NCBI RefSeq assembly: GCF_963921235.1
Contig: NC_086107.1
Location: 108,750,001-108,814,000, forward strand
Source: Mobula hypostoma
Lineage: Eukaryota
DNA length: 64,000 nt
Direction: 5' to 3'
Under the pieces are notes generated by a model. That model was not told where the DNA came from and ran no database searches. It was given only the letters and a program-made list of their open reading frames with translations. The translations under genes and the position numbers were made by a program. Within the stretch, counting starts at the first letter, position 1, and every line of letters starts with the position of its first letter. Below are positions 37,635-50,732 of the stretch, piece by piece.

Positions 37635-38215
37635 ATGTTGGAACTATCATCCCCACCTCGCTGACAACAACCACTGGTGCACCTCAGGGACCTGCACTTA
37701 GCCCACCGCTCTACACACTCTATACAAATGACTGCGTGGCAAGGCACAGCTCAAGTGCTATCAATAAATTTGCTGACGGCCCACCTATTGCTGGCAGAAT
37801 TTCAGATGGTGACGAGAGGGCGCACAGGGGCAAGGTAGGTCAGCTGGTTGAGTGGTACCACAGCAACAACCTTGTACTCAACGTCACTAAGATCAAAGGA
37901 GTGATTGTGGACTTCAGGAAGGGCAAAACAAAGGAACACACACACCAGTCCTCATTGAGGGATCAGAAGTGGAAGGAGTGAGAAACTTTAAGTTTCTGGG
38001 CATCACCATCTCTGAGGGTCAATCTTGGGCCCAACATATCAATGTAGCTACAAAGGAGGCACGACAGCAGCTATATTTCATTAGGAGTTTGAGGAGATTT
38101 GGTATGTCTTACTATAATTTACAATTTTTATTATTATGTATTGCAATGTTCCCGCAGCCCTATTACAACAAATCTCACAACATATGCCAGTGATATTTAA
38201 CCTGATTTTGATTTT
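37635..38215 (+). mobile_element. Rex1/Babar LINE RT fragment
   Basis: TTGAPQGPALSPPLYTLYTNDC...KFADG...NNLVLNVTKIK..IVDFRK; FKFLGITISE. Confidence 0.9.
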
Positions 38216-38416
38216 GATTCGGAATTTGATAAATGATCTGATCCTTCGAGCCCGCTCCGCTGTTTATGATCAGGCCTCGTCTTCCACCTCAGCTCTGCTT
38301 CAACATAGAACACAGAACATTACAGCACAGTACGGGCCCTTTGGCTCATGGTGTTGTGCTGCCCTCTTCACCTACTTCACAATCAATCTAACCCTTCACA
38401 TTTACACAGGCTATAA

Positions 38417-39184
38417 CACTGGACAACAAAGGGTTTGCTTCCTGAATACTTCTGGATGCATCTTATGGATTTTGGGCTGCTGATCATGAAAATCACCATG
38501 AAATTTCCCTATTTTTTAAAAAAATTGCTTATATTTGTTATTTCAGTTCATAATTCATGTCAGAGTAACAGATGCTGAGATTAAGGAAGGCGATTTTGTT
38601 GGTCCACAAATCAAACAGGTCATCAACGACAGGCAATTCGAAGGACTTCTAGTCGGACCGGAGAAAATCAGATGGAAGGTATTCAAGGATGTTGTTGAAA
38701 ATTTTCTTGGCAACTACAGAGCACAAGGCGTGCAGCTGGTTGACAACATGCTTCAAGCATACGAAACCATGAAATGCAACATGTCACTAAAAATCCATTT
38801 TCTACATTCCATTTAGACTTCTTCCCTGCAAATTTTGGCACTGTCAGTGATGAGCATGGTGAAAGGTTTCACCGGGACGTTGCAGTCATGGACAAATAGT
38901 ATCAGGGCAACCGGAATCCATAAATGCTGGCTGATTATTGTTGGACACTTAAGCAAGAAGCGAAAATCACCAGCAAAACATTTATAGCTTAGTTGAACTA
39001 TTGCAAAGCATAAGCACCATTATGCAATTAAACACATTATATTCAATAAAAGTTAATGTTTTGTTTCTCCAAATTCTTACATGATACAAGTAGTTTGAAA
39101 TCATATTTGTGTTCAGATTCAAGTGGTCTATCAGAAACAAAATAAAATCTGAGGAAGCAACACTTTTGAAAAAATTGTTGTCCA
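38417..39184 (+). mobile_element. Chapaev3-like (CMC) DNA transposon, internally deleted, inserted in a CR1 3' end
   Basis: DAEIKEGDFVGPQIK...NFLGNY...MKCNMSLKIHFLHS; after a frameshift LDFFPANFGTVSDEHGERFH...MLADYCWTL; left end TAA|CACTGGACAACAA and partial right end TTGTTGTCCA. Confidence 0.75.
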
Positions 39185-39493
39185 TCTTTCTTTCATCCAT
39201 GTCTCTTAAGAGTCTTTTAAATGTCCCTAATGCATCAGCATCTACCACCCACAACGGAGTGTTTCCTGCATTATTCCCTGCACCCCCCCCCCATCTCTTG
39301 CTTCTCTTAATATCCAGGACTCCACTGGTCTCTGTTGTTAGTGAGCACTCTGGAGCCCTCTAGCCAAGAGTATTCCAAGGATTTACCACCTTTCTGCAAG
39401 GAGATAATGAGGCTACATTACACTTTGGGTGAAGCAATTACAGTGCTAGAGGCACGGGTGTTAATCCTGGCTCTGTCTGTGCATTTGACAGCC

Positions 39494-39727
39494 TGATGCA
39501 CCTTCAATTACTCCAAAAGACCGAAGTAGGGTAAATACTGAAAGGCTTTTATTCGCAGTAAAATATGACTTCCAACATGCTGCGTGTCTGCCCCTGGACT
39601 GAGGGGGAGGAGCAGGGCGAAATCACCTTTATTCAGGGGTCTGTGGGAGGAGCCACAGGAGCAGTCAGCAGAGGGGCGTGTCCAGACAGGTAACCCAGTT
39701 ACAACATATTATGTATGGTTTACCACA
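39494..39727 (-). mobile_element. Solo LTR (family L1), 234 bp, 5-bp TSD
   Basis: TG...CA termini flanked by CAGCC on both sides; homologous to 8317-9047. Confidence 0.9.
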
Positions 39728-40339
39728 CAGCCCCCAACCAAGTTCCTTGAATTAAAATTTTATTTAGCACCCCCCCTTGCCCGTCCCTCTCCCCATCTCT
39801 GTAACTGCCTCTGACCCTGACTCCCGTACTGGTCGGTTTTCCAGTATAACTTGGAACCAGAGAAATTTCCAGTGATTTTCTTTTTCTTTCAGCTTGTTGG
39901 TGGATTATACACATATTATGATGGGATTGGTGGCATATTTGCAGTGATTCTGGGATGAGCAGCTCTCCAATCACTCCTATGTGACAACCTACAATTAAGC
40001 CAGAAGTCTTCCATGTCCCTCCTGCACACACTGTCAGTCAAATATCCAAATTATACTAAAACAAGAATGCATTTAAGAAATGTCATCTTTCTCCAGATAA
40101 AAAGGCCTTTCATGAGATGCTGCACAGTTTATTATAGATGAACATTCAACCCACCAAAGTTCTCCAATGCCCTCCTGTACCCAAGTACTTCTGGAAATAT
40201 CCTTCTTTCCAGTAATGCTAATCAAAGATTTTAAACTTATTGTCATCCTTTTAAATTTACTAATTTAATTCAATAACCTCAGATCATAGAAATTGTTCAT
40301 GCTTTGAAGAAAATATTATCCATTTGTCGCTGCCAAATG

Positions 40340-40891
40340 CTCTCAGTGGCTCCTTTATCAGGTACACCTGAATATCTGCTCGTTAATGCAAATATCTAAT
40401 CAGCCAATCATCTGGCAGCAACTCATGACAAAGGCAGACGTGGTCAAGAGGTTCAGTTGCTGTTCAGACCAAATGTCAGAATGGGGAAGAAAGGTGACCT
40501 AATTGACTTTGACCTGGGAATGTTTGTTGGTGCCAGATGGGGTGGTTTGAGTATCTCATAAACTGCTGATCTCCTGGGATTTTCATGCGCAACATTCTCT
40601 AGAGCTTACAGAAAAACAACAAGCATCCAGTGAGCAGCAGTTCTGCGGGTGAAAACACCTTGTTAATGAGAGAAGTCAGAGGAGAATGGGCAAACTGGTT
40701 CAAGCTGACAGGAAGGCGACCGTAACTCAAGTAACCACGCGTTACAGCAGTGGTGTGCAGAAGAGCATCCCTGAATGCACAACTCATCAAAGCTTAATGT
40801 GGATGGGTAACAGCAGCAGAAGACCATGGACATACACTCACTGGTCACTTTATTAAGTACAGGAAGTACCTAATAAAATAGACACTGAGTG
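40340..40891 (+). mobile_element. Non-autonomous Tc1 element (family A)
   Basis: Same TIRs and transposase remnant as other copies; terminal hairpin at 40835-40891. Confidence 0.88.
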
Positions 40892-41394
40892 TAAACACAG
40901 AACCATGCAGCAGAGCACAGGCTCTTCAGTGCACAATGCTGTGCTGACCTTTTAACCTACCAACTCAATCTAACTCTTCCCTCCCACATAACCCTCCATT
41001 TTTCTTTTATCCAGGAGCCTATCTAAGAGTTTTTCTTTTTAAGTCGCAAATATATCAACCTCTCCCATCACCCCTGGCAGTGCATCGCATTCACTTGTGC
41101 ACAACACGTCAAACTTGGAAGTGGATTGGCTACTAAAGTAGAAGACTATGAACATATACTCAGTGGCCACTTCAATAGGTGCAGCGGGTACCAAGTAGAG
41201 TGGTGCGAGCAACATGGGGCAGGGAAGGAGAGTGGTATAGAATTCAAATCACCGGTGCAGGAATGAAAAGTTCAAGACCCAGCAAAACAAAATAGGAATG
41301 TTGAAGAAAATTTAGTTTCAGTCACAGTGACCACGAATGGATCGTTGCAAAAGTCCATCTGGTTCAGTAATGGCCAGGAAGAAAGGGAATCTGT

Positions 41395-41998
41395 TAGCTT
41401 TCATAAGTCGAGGGATAGAGTTTAAGAGTCGCGATGTAATGACACAGCTCTGTAAAACTCTGGTTAGGCCACACTTGGGGTACTGTGTCCAGTTCTGGTC
41501 GACTCACTATAGGAAGGATGTGGAAGCATTGGAAAGGGTACAGAGGAGATTTACCAGGATGCTGCCTGGTTTAGAGAGTATGCATTATGATCAGAGATTA
41601 AGGGAGCTAGGGCTTTACTCTTTGGAGAGAAGGAGGATGAGAGGAGACATGATAGAGGTGTACAAGATATTAAGAGGAATAGATAGAGTGGACAGCCAGC
41701 GCCTCTTCCCCAGGGCACCACTGCTCAATACAAGAGGACATGGCTTTAAGGTAAGGGGTGGGAAGTTCAAGGGGGATATTAGAGGAAGGTTTTTTTTACT
41801 CAGAGAGTGGTTTGTGCGTGGAATGCACTGCCTGAGTCAGTGGTGGAGGCAGATACACTGGTGGAATTTAATAGACTACTAGACAGGTATATGGAGGAAC
41901 TTAAGGTGGGGGCTTATATGGGAGGCAGGGTTTGAGGGTCGACACAACATTGCGGGCCGAAGGGCCTGTACTGTGCTGTACTATTCTACGTTCTACAT
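41395..41998 (+). mobile_element. CR1 LINE ORF2 3' portion
   Basis: LAFISRGIEFKS...LVRPHLGYCVQFWS...[16 protein letters not shown]...TRGHGFKV. Confidence 0.93.
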
Positions 41999-42136
41999 TC
42001 TTTGCCTGGTGTGACCCCACGTTCACTAATGTGTTTTAGCTATTAACTGCCCCTCAAATCAGGGGAATTAGGAGTGGACAATAAATGCTAGTATTTCCAG
42101 CAATGTCCACGTTCTTTCACTGATTGCATTTTAATA

Positions 42137-42782
42137 CACTCAGTGGCCACTTTAGTCAGTATCTCTTGTGCCGTATAAAGTGGGCTGAGTGTACGTTCAT
42201 TGTCTTCTGCTGCAGTAGGACAGTTTAAATGGTTCGGCATGGACTAGATGGGCCAAAGGGCCTGTTCCTCCACTGTACTTTTCTATGAGTCTATTACTCT
42301 ATCTAATTCAAGATTCAACGTGGCATGCGTTAGGAGTTGCCCTTCTGCACACCACTGTTGTAACGCGTGGTTATTTGAGTTATTGTTGCCTTGCTGCCAG
42401 CTTGAACCAGTCTGGCCATTCTCCCTTGACCTCTCTCATTAACCAAGCATTTTACCCATGGAACTGCAGCTTACTGGGCTTTTTGTTTGTTTGGGGTTTT
42501 TTTTGCACATTTCTCTATAAAGTCTAGAGACTGCTGTGCATGAAAATTCCAGGAGTTAGCAGTTACTCAAACCACCCCATCTGGCACCTATATTCGTTCC
42601 ACAGTCAAGTCACTTAGATCACATTTCTTCCCCATTCTAGTTTTTGGTCTGAGCAATGAATGGACCTCTTGACCACGTCTGCACGCTTTCATGCATCGAG
42701 TTGCTGCCACATGATTGGCTGATTAGATATTTGCATTAATGAGCAGGTGTACAGGTGTACCTAATAAAGTGGCCACTGAGTG
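42137..42782 (-). mobile_element. Non-autonomous Tc1 element (family A) with a small CR1-tail insertion
   Basis: TA|CACTCAGTGGCCACTTTA ... TAAAGTGGCCACTGAGTG|TA. Confidence 0.88.
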
Positions 42783-43186
42783 TAATATGGTTATGAGTAA
42801 TAATCTAGGGACATGAATTAAAATCCTCCAGCGACCAGGAATTTAAATTCAGCTCATTAGTAAATTTCTAGTAGAGACCATGAGACTCTATAAATCCCAT
42901 CTGGCTCTAATGCCCTTTAATGAAGAGATTTTGCCGTCTTCATTTGCTCCCGGTCTAAATGCATTTGCTTCTGCAGTCTCAGTCCCTAGAGCCCCCAATT
43001 AGTAATTAGTTCAGTCTTGAAGTGAAGAATTCCTTTGGAAAAAAAAAATGGCCAAAGTACAGTAGAATTTTATATTAGGTTTGGAAGTGCTGTTTTTTGT
43101 CTTAACACCAGAGTTTTCAATCTAAACAAAGAAAGGTATGTGAGGCATACTGGCTTTGTAAAATAAGGGGTATGATCACTCTAGCA

Positions 43187-43840
43187 TTATTATTCCTAGT
43201 AAGGACTACTATATATTGCTAGTTATGTCTGGCATGTATTGCTAATAATGGCTACTATGTATTGCTATTAATGGCTACCATGTATTTTAGTAATGGCTAT
43301 TATGTATTGCTAGTAATAGCTACCAGGTATTGCTAGTAATGGCTACCATGTATTGCTAGTAATTGCTACCATGCGTTGCCAGTAATGGCTATCATGTATT
43401 GCCAGTAATGGCTATTATGTATTGCTAGTGCTGACTAGCATGTATTGCTGGTAAAGGCTACCAGGTATTGCTAGTAATGGCAGGCATGTATTGTGAGTAG
43501 TGTTGGGCATGTGGCCAAGTGGTTAAGGCATTCGACTAGCAACCTGAAGGTTGCTGAGGCAGTGTGTTGTGTCCTTGAGCAAGGCACTTAATCACACATT
43601 GCTCTGCGACGACACTGGTGCCAAGCTGTATGGGTCCTAACGCCCTTCCCTTGGACAACGTCGGTGTCGTGGAGAGGGGAGACTTACAGCATGGGCAACT
43701 GCTGGTCTTCCATACAACCTTGCCTAGGCCTGTGTCCTGGGGAGTGAAGACTTTCCAGGCGCAGATCCATGGTCTCGCAAGACTAACGGATGCCTTTAAT
43801 TGTGAGTAATGGCTACCAGGTATTGCTAGCAATGGCTGGC
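43187..43840. repeat. 23-bp minisatellite (about 14 units) split by a SINE
   Basis: TATTGCTAGTAATGGCTACCATG unit; the array resumes after 43808. Confidence 0.9.
43500..43798 (+). mobile_element. tRNA-derived SINE (family S1)
   Basis: 10-bp TSD ATTGTGAGTA (43490-43499, 43799-43808); A box TGGCCAAGTGG. Confidence 0.85.
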
Positions 43841-44293
43841 ATGGAAGGAAATGGTACATTCTTTGGACCAAATACTCATTCCCTTAAGAGGGCATGGTTT
43901 AAGTTGCAAAGGAGTAAGTTCAAAATAGGTGTGCAAGACAAGTTTTTTTTTTAACGGGGAGGGTTGGGTGCCTGGAATGCTCTGCCGGGAGAGGTAGTGG
44001 AGGCAAAAACCCGAGGGATTTAAAAGATATCTATGTAGTCGTAATGTATCACCTGGTCGGCACGGTAGTGTAGTGCTTTCCAGTACAGGCGACCCAGATT
44101 CAATTCCCGCTGCTGACTGTAAGGAGTTTGCACGTGGGTTTCCTCTCCCAAGGCTGAAGACCTTCTGGTTGGTAGGTTAATTGGTCATTGTAACTTGTCC
44201 CATGATTAAGTCCAGGGATTGCTGGGCGGCGCGATCGAAGAGTTGGAATGGCCTATTCCATGCTGTAAAAATAAATACGATATTCTCCTAAAG

Positions 44294-44367
44294 CAAAGGT
44301 CCCCAGCCTGGGATCTACGGACCCTTCCATAGGGGTCCATGGCACATAAAAGGCGGGGAACCCCCGT
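44294..44367. mobile_element. Tiny degenerate hAT-type MITE
   Basis: CAAAGGTCCCCAGCC ... GGCGGGGAACCCCCG imperfect TIRs with an internal GGACCC/GGGTCC stem. Confidence 0.45.
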
Positions 44368-44459
44368 CCAAAGGGGTTGTCAGTTGGTGGGTCCACAGGT
44401 GGCTGTAGAGGCAATCTGGGCAAGAGTAAGTGGTGGTTATAGTTAGTGGTTGGGTCTTT

Positions 44460-44640
44460 TGGTTGTTCACTCTCTCCTTTCACAGTTCTCTGCGGCATAA
44501 CAGATATCGTTCTCCTGTAATGCAACTCCCTCTTGAACAGATTTCTTCCAGGTGCATCGATTGAGTGCAATGTCTTCCCAGTTTTTAGATGTCATGTTGA
44601 ATTTCCTCAGGCTGATATTGATGTTGTCTTTGAAGAGATT
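44460..44640 (-). mobile_element. RTE LINE C-terminal fragment
   Basis: FKDNINISLRKFNMTSKNWEDIALNRCTWKKSVQEG. Confidence 0.7.
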
Positions 44641-44689
44641 AGTGAAGAAGCATTTAATTGCTATCTTAATTAGTCTGGCACAACTATGA

Positions 44690-45670
44690 AACCACAAGAC
44701 ATTGGAGCAGAATTAGGCCACTTGACACATCGAGTCTGCCATTCTATCATGGCTGATTTATTATCCTTCTCAACCCCATTCTCCTTCCTTCTTCCCATAA
44801 CCGTTGACACTCTTACTAATCAGGAACCTATCAATCTCCACTTTAAATATACCCAGTCACTTGGCCTCCACAGCCAGCCGTGGTAATGAATTCAACAGAA
44901 TCACTACACTTTGACTGAAGAAATTCCTCCTCCTCTCTGTTCTAAAGGGATGTCCTTCTATTCTGAGACTGTGCCCTTTGATCCTAGACCCCCAATCTCC
45001 CCCACATAGAAAATATCCTCTTCACTCCGCTCTATCTAGGCTTTTCAATATTTGGTAGGTTTCAATGAGATCCCCCCGCATTCTTCAATGCAAAGACAGG
45101 TGGTGTTGGGGAAGCAGGGTGTCTGCAAAGGAACTTGAACAGACTGACAGAATGGGCAAATAAGTGGCAGATGGAATATTGTGTAGGGAAGTGTTTGGTC
45201 ATGCACTTTGGTAGAAGGAATAAATGGAAAGAAATTTCAAAAATCAGAGGTGCAAAGAGTCCTCATGCAGCCTTCACTAAAGGTTAATTTTCAGGCTGAA
45301 TTGGTGGTAAGGAAGACAAATGCAATGTTATCATTCATTTTGACAGGACTAGAGTACAAAAACAAGGATGTAATACTAAGGCTTTACAGGGCACTGGTCA
45401 GACCACACTTGGATATTGTGAGCAGTTTTGGGCCCCTTATCTCAGAAAAGATGTGCTGGGTTTGGAGAGGGTCCAGAGGAAGTTCACGGGATGATCCAAG
45501 GAATGAAAGAGTTTAATATAAGGAGCATTTGATAACTCTGGGCTTGTTCTCACTGGAGCTAAAAAAGAATGAGGGGGATCTCAATGAAAACTATTGAATA
45601 TTGGAAGGCCTAAGTAGAGTGGATGTGGAGAGGATGTTTCCTATACTGGGGGAGTCTTGGACCAGGTGGG
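44690..45670. mobile_element. Back-to-back CR1 fragments (minus about 44690-45085, plus about 45090-45670)
   Basis: CR1 3'UTR on minus; WANKWQMEY..GKC.VMHFG and LRLYRALVRPHL on plus. Confidence 0.8.
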
Positions 45671-45944
45671 CACAGGAGGTCAGGCAGAATCTACAGAAAG
45701 GAATAAAGAGGATTGGACTGAGTTCCTCCGATATTTTGTGTATGAGTAACTGGTGAATTCCTACAGCATTTTGTGTGGGTGTAATTGGTAATTATTGCTT
45801 GATGGGAGCTCCGAAGTAAAATGGCCACCACAGTTCCTACATTATCCTGGTGACTACACTTCAATAACATACTCTTGGCAGGAAAGGATAGTAGAGCTTT
45901 CTAAGGATGCAAAATGCACATTTTTCAACCACTGTTGCAAACAC

Positions 45945-46520
45945 TATAAAGAAGGCAAGACTGTGGCTATATTTCATTAAGGGTTTCAGGAGATTTTAGT
46001 TTGTCTCCTAAAACACTCGAAAACTTCTACAGATGTACCCTGGAGAACATTCTGACAGGCTGCATCACTCTCTGGTATGTGGGTGTCTACTGTACAGGAT
46101 CAAAAGAAGCTACAGAAAGTTGTAAAATTACCCAATTCATCTTGGGTACTAGACTCCATAGTATCCAAGACCTCTTCAAGGAACGGTGGAAAAGTGGTAT
46201 CCATCATTAAGGACCCCCATCACCCAGGACATGCTCGTTGTTACCATCAAGAAAGAGGTACAGAAGCCTGAAGACACACACTCAGAGATTCAGGACCAGG
46301 ATCTTCCCCTCTGCCGTCCAACTTCTGAATAGACATTGAACCCATGAACACTACCTCACTTTTATTTTTGTTTTTGCACTGTATTTTAATTTAACAATTT
46401 AATGTACATATATACTTATTGTAATTGATTTACTTTTTTCTATATTACCATGTATTGTATTATACTGCTGCCACAAAGTTAACAAATTTCACGACACATG
46501 CCAGTGATATTAACCTGGTT
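45945..46520 (+). mobile_element. Rex1/Babar LINE 3' end
   Basis: SPKTLENFYRCTLENILTGCITLWY...KDPHHPGHA. Confidence 0.85.
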
Positions 46521-48004
46521 TATTGTACCACTCAACTCCATTCTCCTGCCTTCTCCCCATAACCTTTGATCCTCTTAATAATCAAGAACCTATCAACCCC
46601 CTCTTTAAATATATCCAATGACTTGACTGCACAGCCATCCTTGACAATAAATTCCACACATTCCCAAAACGTTTCTGGCTAAAAAAAAAAGTCCTCCTCC
46701 TCTTTGTTCTAGAGGAACATCCTCTTATTCTGAGGCCATGAGCTCTGGTCCTCCACTATCCCACTGTTGAAAATGTTTTATGCATGTCCACTCTATCTTG
46801 GCCCCTCTCCGTGATTAGTATGTTTGAATGAGATCCCAACTCTTCTTCTAAATAAGGAGGGAATACAGGGAATGGGACTAATGGTTTGCTCAGGTGGGGG
46901 GCCAGTATGTAACCAATGGGCCAAATAGCCTCCTTCTGTGCGATTATTAGTCAGTCAGGCTCTGGTTAAAGGAGCAAAAGAAGAAAATAATGGAGGGACT
47001 CAGCAGGTCAAGAAGCATCCGTAGGGGAGGGACTGGACAGTCAAGTCTTCGGGTTGAGGCTCTTCATACTGATCTATTTAGACATGCAGCAAAGGCCTAT
47101 GCATAAATACTGTTAATAAACCAATCTGATGCTGTTTTTGTGTAGAGTAATTGCGTCATAGCTGGCCATTCAGTTCTTTCTGAATTAAACTCAGTGACTA
47201 ATATTGTTAGATTAAAACCCTGCTGTCAGAGGGAGCCAATCAAGAAGGTGCATTGAGGGAGGTGCTACAGAGGGAACTAATGTACAAGCAGGCATGTTGC
47301 TTGGTTACTCTGAGTTAAGAATCCAGAGCCGGCTCATTAGAATTAATGCATTCGTACATCTGGTTCACCTGGAGGTCTCATGAAACAAGACTTGCGGTCC
47401 CCTCCCTCCTTCCCTCCTCCTCTCCCGAAGGGACTGAGTGGCAAAGATAATGGGGTTCAGGGGAAGAAGAGTTGACCCCAATCAGTGCGAAGTGGGCTGT
47501 TAGTCGGGCGACATCTGACCCTCTGATCCACTGTGTGCATTGCAGGAGGTAACCATTCAGTGGTAGTGTACCTCATCTCAAACCCCCAACCTCCTCCCAC
47601 TGCCAGCTGTGGCTTCTCAGTCATCAGCTGTCACATTGCAACACTAGCTACACTTTGGAAAGGTAATTCCTTGGCCATGGGATCTCCCAAGTCTCCGGAG
47701 ATGCCAAAGGATATAAAGCTGATCACTCTCACACGGTGCACAGGTCATGATAAATCTCCCACAGAACAGGATTTGACATCTTGACAATTACAATGAGGAT
47801 TGTTTCAATTCCCATTTACAGTTAAAAAAAACGTTGGCATTTTCCACAAAATGGCTAGATTAATTGAAACCTATGTTGTTGCAATGATTAATATATGAGG
47901 CAGGTCGCTTCTTGTTATACAAATGCTTCCATGTCACTTGTGTATGAAGATATATATTAAAGCAATCATCATAAAAGCCATTTACCTCTGTGGCCAACAG
48001 AGTC

Positions 48005-49755
48005 AGACTCATAGAATCATAGAAAAGTACAGCACAGAAACAGGCCCTTTGGCCCATCTAGTCCATGCCAAAACCATTTAAACTGTCTACTCCCATCAGC
48101 CTGCACCGGGCCATAGCCCTCCATACCACTACCATCGAGAACCCTATCCAAACTTCTCTTAAACCTTGAAATCAAACTCGCATGCACCACTTGTGGTGGC
48201 AGCTCATTCCACAGGTTCTCTCACCAACCCCTGAGTGAAGAAGTTTCCCTTAATGTTCCCCTTAAACTTCTCACCTTTCACCCTTAATCCATGACCTCTA
48301 GTTGTAGTCCCACTCAACCTCAATGGAAAAAAGCCTGCTCGCATTTACCCTATCTATGCCCCTTATAATTTTGTATACCTCTAGCAAATCTCCTCTCAAT
48401 CTTCTACACTCCAAGGAATAAAGTCCTAACCTATTCAATCTTTTTGTATAACTCATATCCTCCAGACCCAGCAACATCCTTGTAAATTTTCTCTGTACTC
48501 TTTCAACCTTATTTACATCTTTTCTTCAGGTAGGTGACCAAAACTACACATAATATTCTAAACTAGGCCTCAGCAATGTCTTATACAACTTCAATATAAC
48601 ATCCCATCTCCTGTACTCAGTGCTTTGATTTATGAAGGCTGATGTGCCAAAAGCTTTCTTTATGACCCTATCTACCTGTGACGCCGCCTTCAATGAATTA
48701 GGGACCTGTATTCCCAGATCCCTTTGTTCTACCACACTCCTCAGTGCTCTGCCATTCACTGTACAAGACCTTCGCTGGTTAATCCTACCAAAGTGTAACA
48801 CCTCACACTTGCCTGCATTAAATTCTATCTGCCACTTCTCAGCCCAGTTTTCCAGCTGATTCAGGTTCCACTGCAAGCCATGATAGCCTTCCTCACTGTC
48901 CACTGCACTCCCAATCTTGGCGTCGTCTGGAAATTTGCTGTTCCAGTTTACTCCATTATCATCTGGATCATTGATACAGGTGACAAGCAACAACAGACCC
49001 AGTACTGATCCCAGCAGCACACCACCAATCACAGGCCTCCAATCCAGAGAGACAACCATTTACTACCACTCTCTGGCTTCTCCCACAAAGCTAATGTCTA
49101 ATCCAATTTACTAACTCTTCTTGAATGCCGAGCAACTTAACCTTCCTGACCAACTTCCCATGCAGGACCTTGTCGAAAGCCTTGCTAAAGTCCATGTAGC
49201 CAACATCCACTTTCCTGATAACTTCCTCTAAAAACTCTATCAAATTGTTTAGACATGACCTATCACATACAAAGCCATGTAGACTATCCTTAAACAGTCT
49301 CTGTCTATCCAAATACTTATATATCCAGTCCCTTAGAATACCTTTCTGTAATGATGTCAGACTCACTGGTCTATTGGTCTATAATTTCCTGGTTTCTGTC
49401 TAGAGCTTGTTTTAAACAGTGGAACAGCATTGGCTATCCTCCAGTCCTCTGGTACCTCTCATGTCATTAAGGATGTTTTAAATATGTCTGTTAGGGCTCC
49501 GGTGATTTCTGCAAACACCTCCTCCTCTGTATTCTGTGTAGGGTCCATGAGCTAGTGCCACTTTGCCTATGTGCCCATCTCTTGAGTAAACACAGAGGTA
49601 AAAAAAATCTCCCCCATCTGTTTTGACTCCACACATGCATTACCATTCTAATCTTCCAGAGGACCAATTTTGTCCCTTGCAATTCTTTTGCTCTTAACAT
49701 GCCTGTAGAATTCCTTAGGATTCTCCTTTACCTTGTCTTCTAGGGCAACTTCATG
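48005..49755 (-). mobile_element. CR1 LINE ORF2 with degenerate reverse transcriptase
   Basis: HGFVCDRSCLNNLIEF..YMDFSKAFDKV; GVLLGSVLG..INDPDD..SKFPDDAKIG; WAEKWQIEFNAGKC; multiple stops and frameshifts. Confidence 0.95.
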
Positions 49756-50732
49756 TTAATATTTTAAAAAATTGCTGTCCTCCTCTTTTGAATACATTTA
49801 ATCTTCATGTCGCTCTTGGGGAGGGAACTCTAAAGAGATGAGAAGTAGTTTCTCCATCTTTCAATAGCCTAGCTCTAATTCTAAGCTTGTGCTTTTTTTT
49901 TTGTTACAGACTCTCTCGTTCAAGAGCCATTTAATCATCTTGGACACTCTAATTAGATTCCCCCCCATTCCTTCCCAAGTTGACAGAGTGCAAGCAACAT
50001 TCTCAGAATTTAACCCTCTTGAAGGTGGGGGGGTTTTCTGCGTGTAACATCAGACGTTGTGATCACTTCAACACACTGGGCTGCTTCAGAAGATAATCGC
50101 AGCGGCGGAACTGGCCACTCGTGCACCGCAGTAGCTAAAGGTGACAGATGGAACAGCTGGTAGAGCCGTTCCCTCGCACCTCCAGTGACCCAGGGTCAAT
50201 CCTAACCTACGGTGCTGCCTCTGTGGGGCTTGGGTGCTCGCCTCGCCGAGGGCATGGTCTCACCCTGGGTGCTCTAGTGCCCTCCTACATCCCAAAGATG
50301 TGTCAAGTTTATTACTGTAAGCATAAGTGTGGTAAGATACGAGTACAATGAAAAAACCTTGCTAGGCGCAGCATCACAGCCACGTAGGTACGGATAACAC
50401 ACAGAATTTAAACTGTACACAAACCATATAGGGCAAAGTTCACATTTCAAAGGACATTTATTATCACAGTACATATATATGAACCCTGAGATTCATTTTC
50501 TTGGGAGCAATCTCAATAAATCTATAGAACAATAACAATAACAGAATCAAGTTAGAGTCATTGTTTCCTGCAGTACAGGCACAGTCTATCAAGTCTCTGA
50601 CAATCAGAAAGCACCACTCACATGAATGCCTACATTCCCATCATTTTTCCCATTAGGGCCAACTTAAGGCAGCCAAATGACCTTCCTACTCAGCAACATA
50701 AACACTACGGACCACCTCTTGACCATCTAGGG

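Noticed and set aside
43187..43500. 23-bp repeat as a CRISPR or iteron array
   Set aside because: Head-to-tail degenerate minisatellite without spacers.
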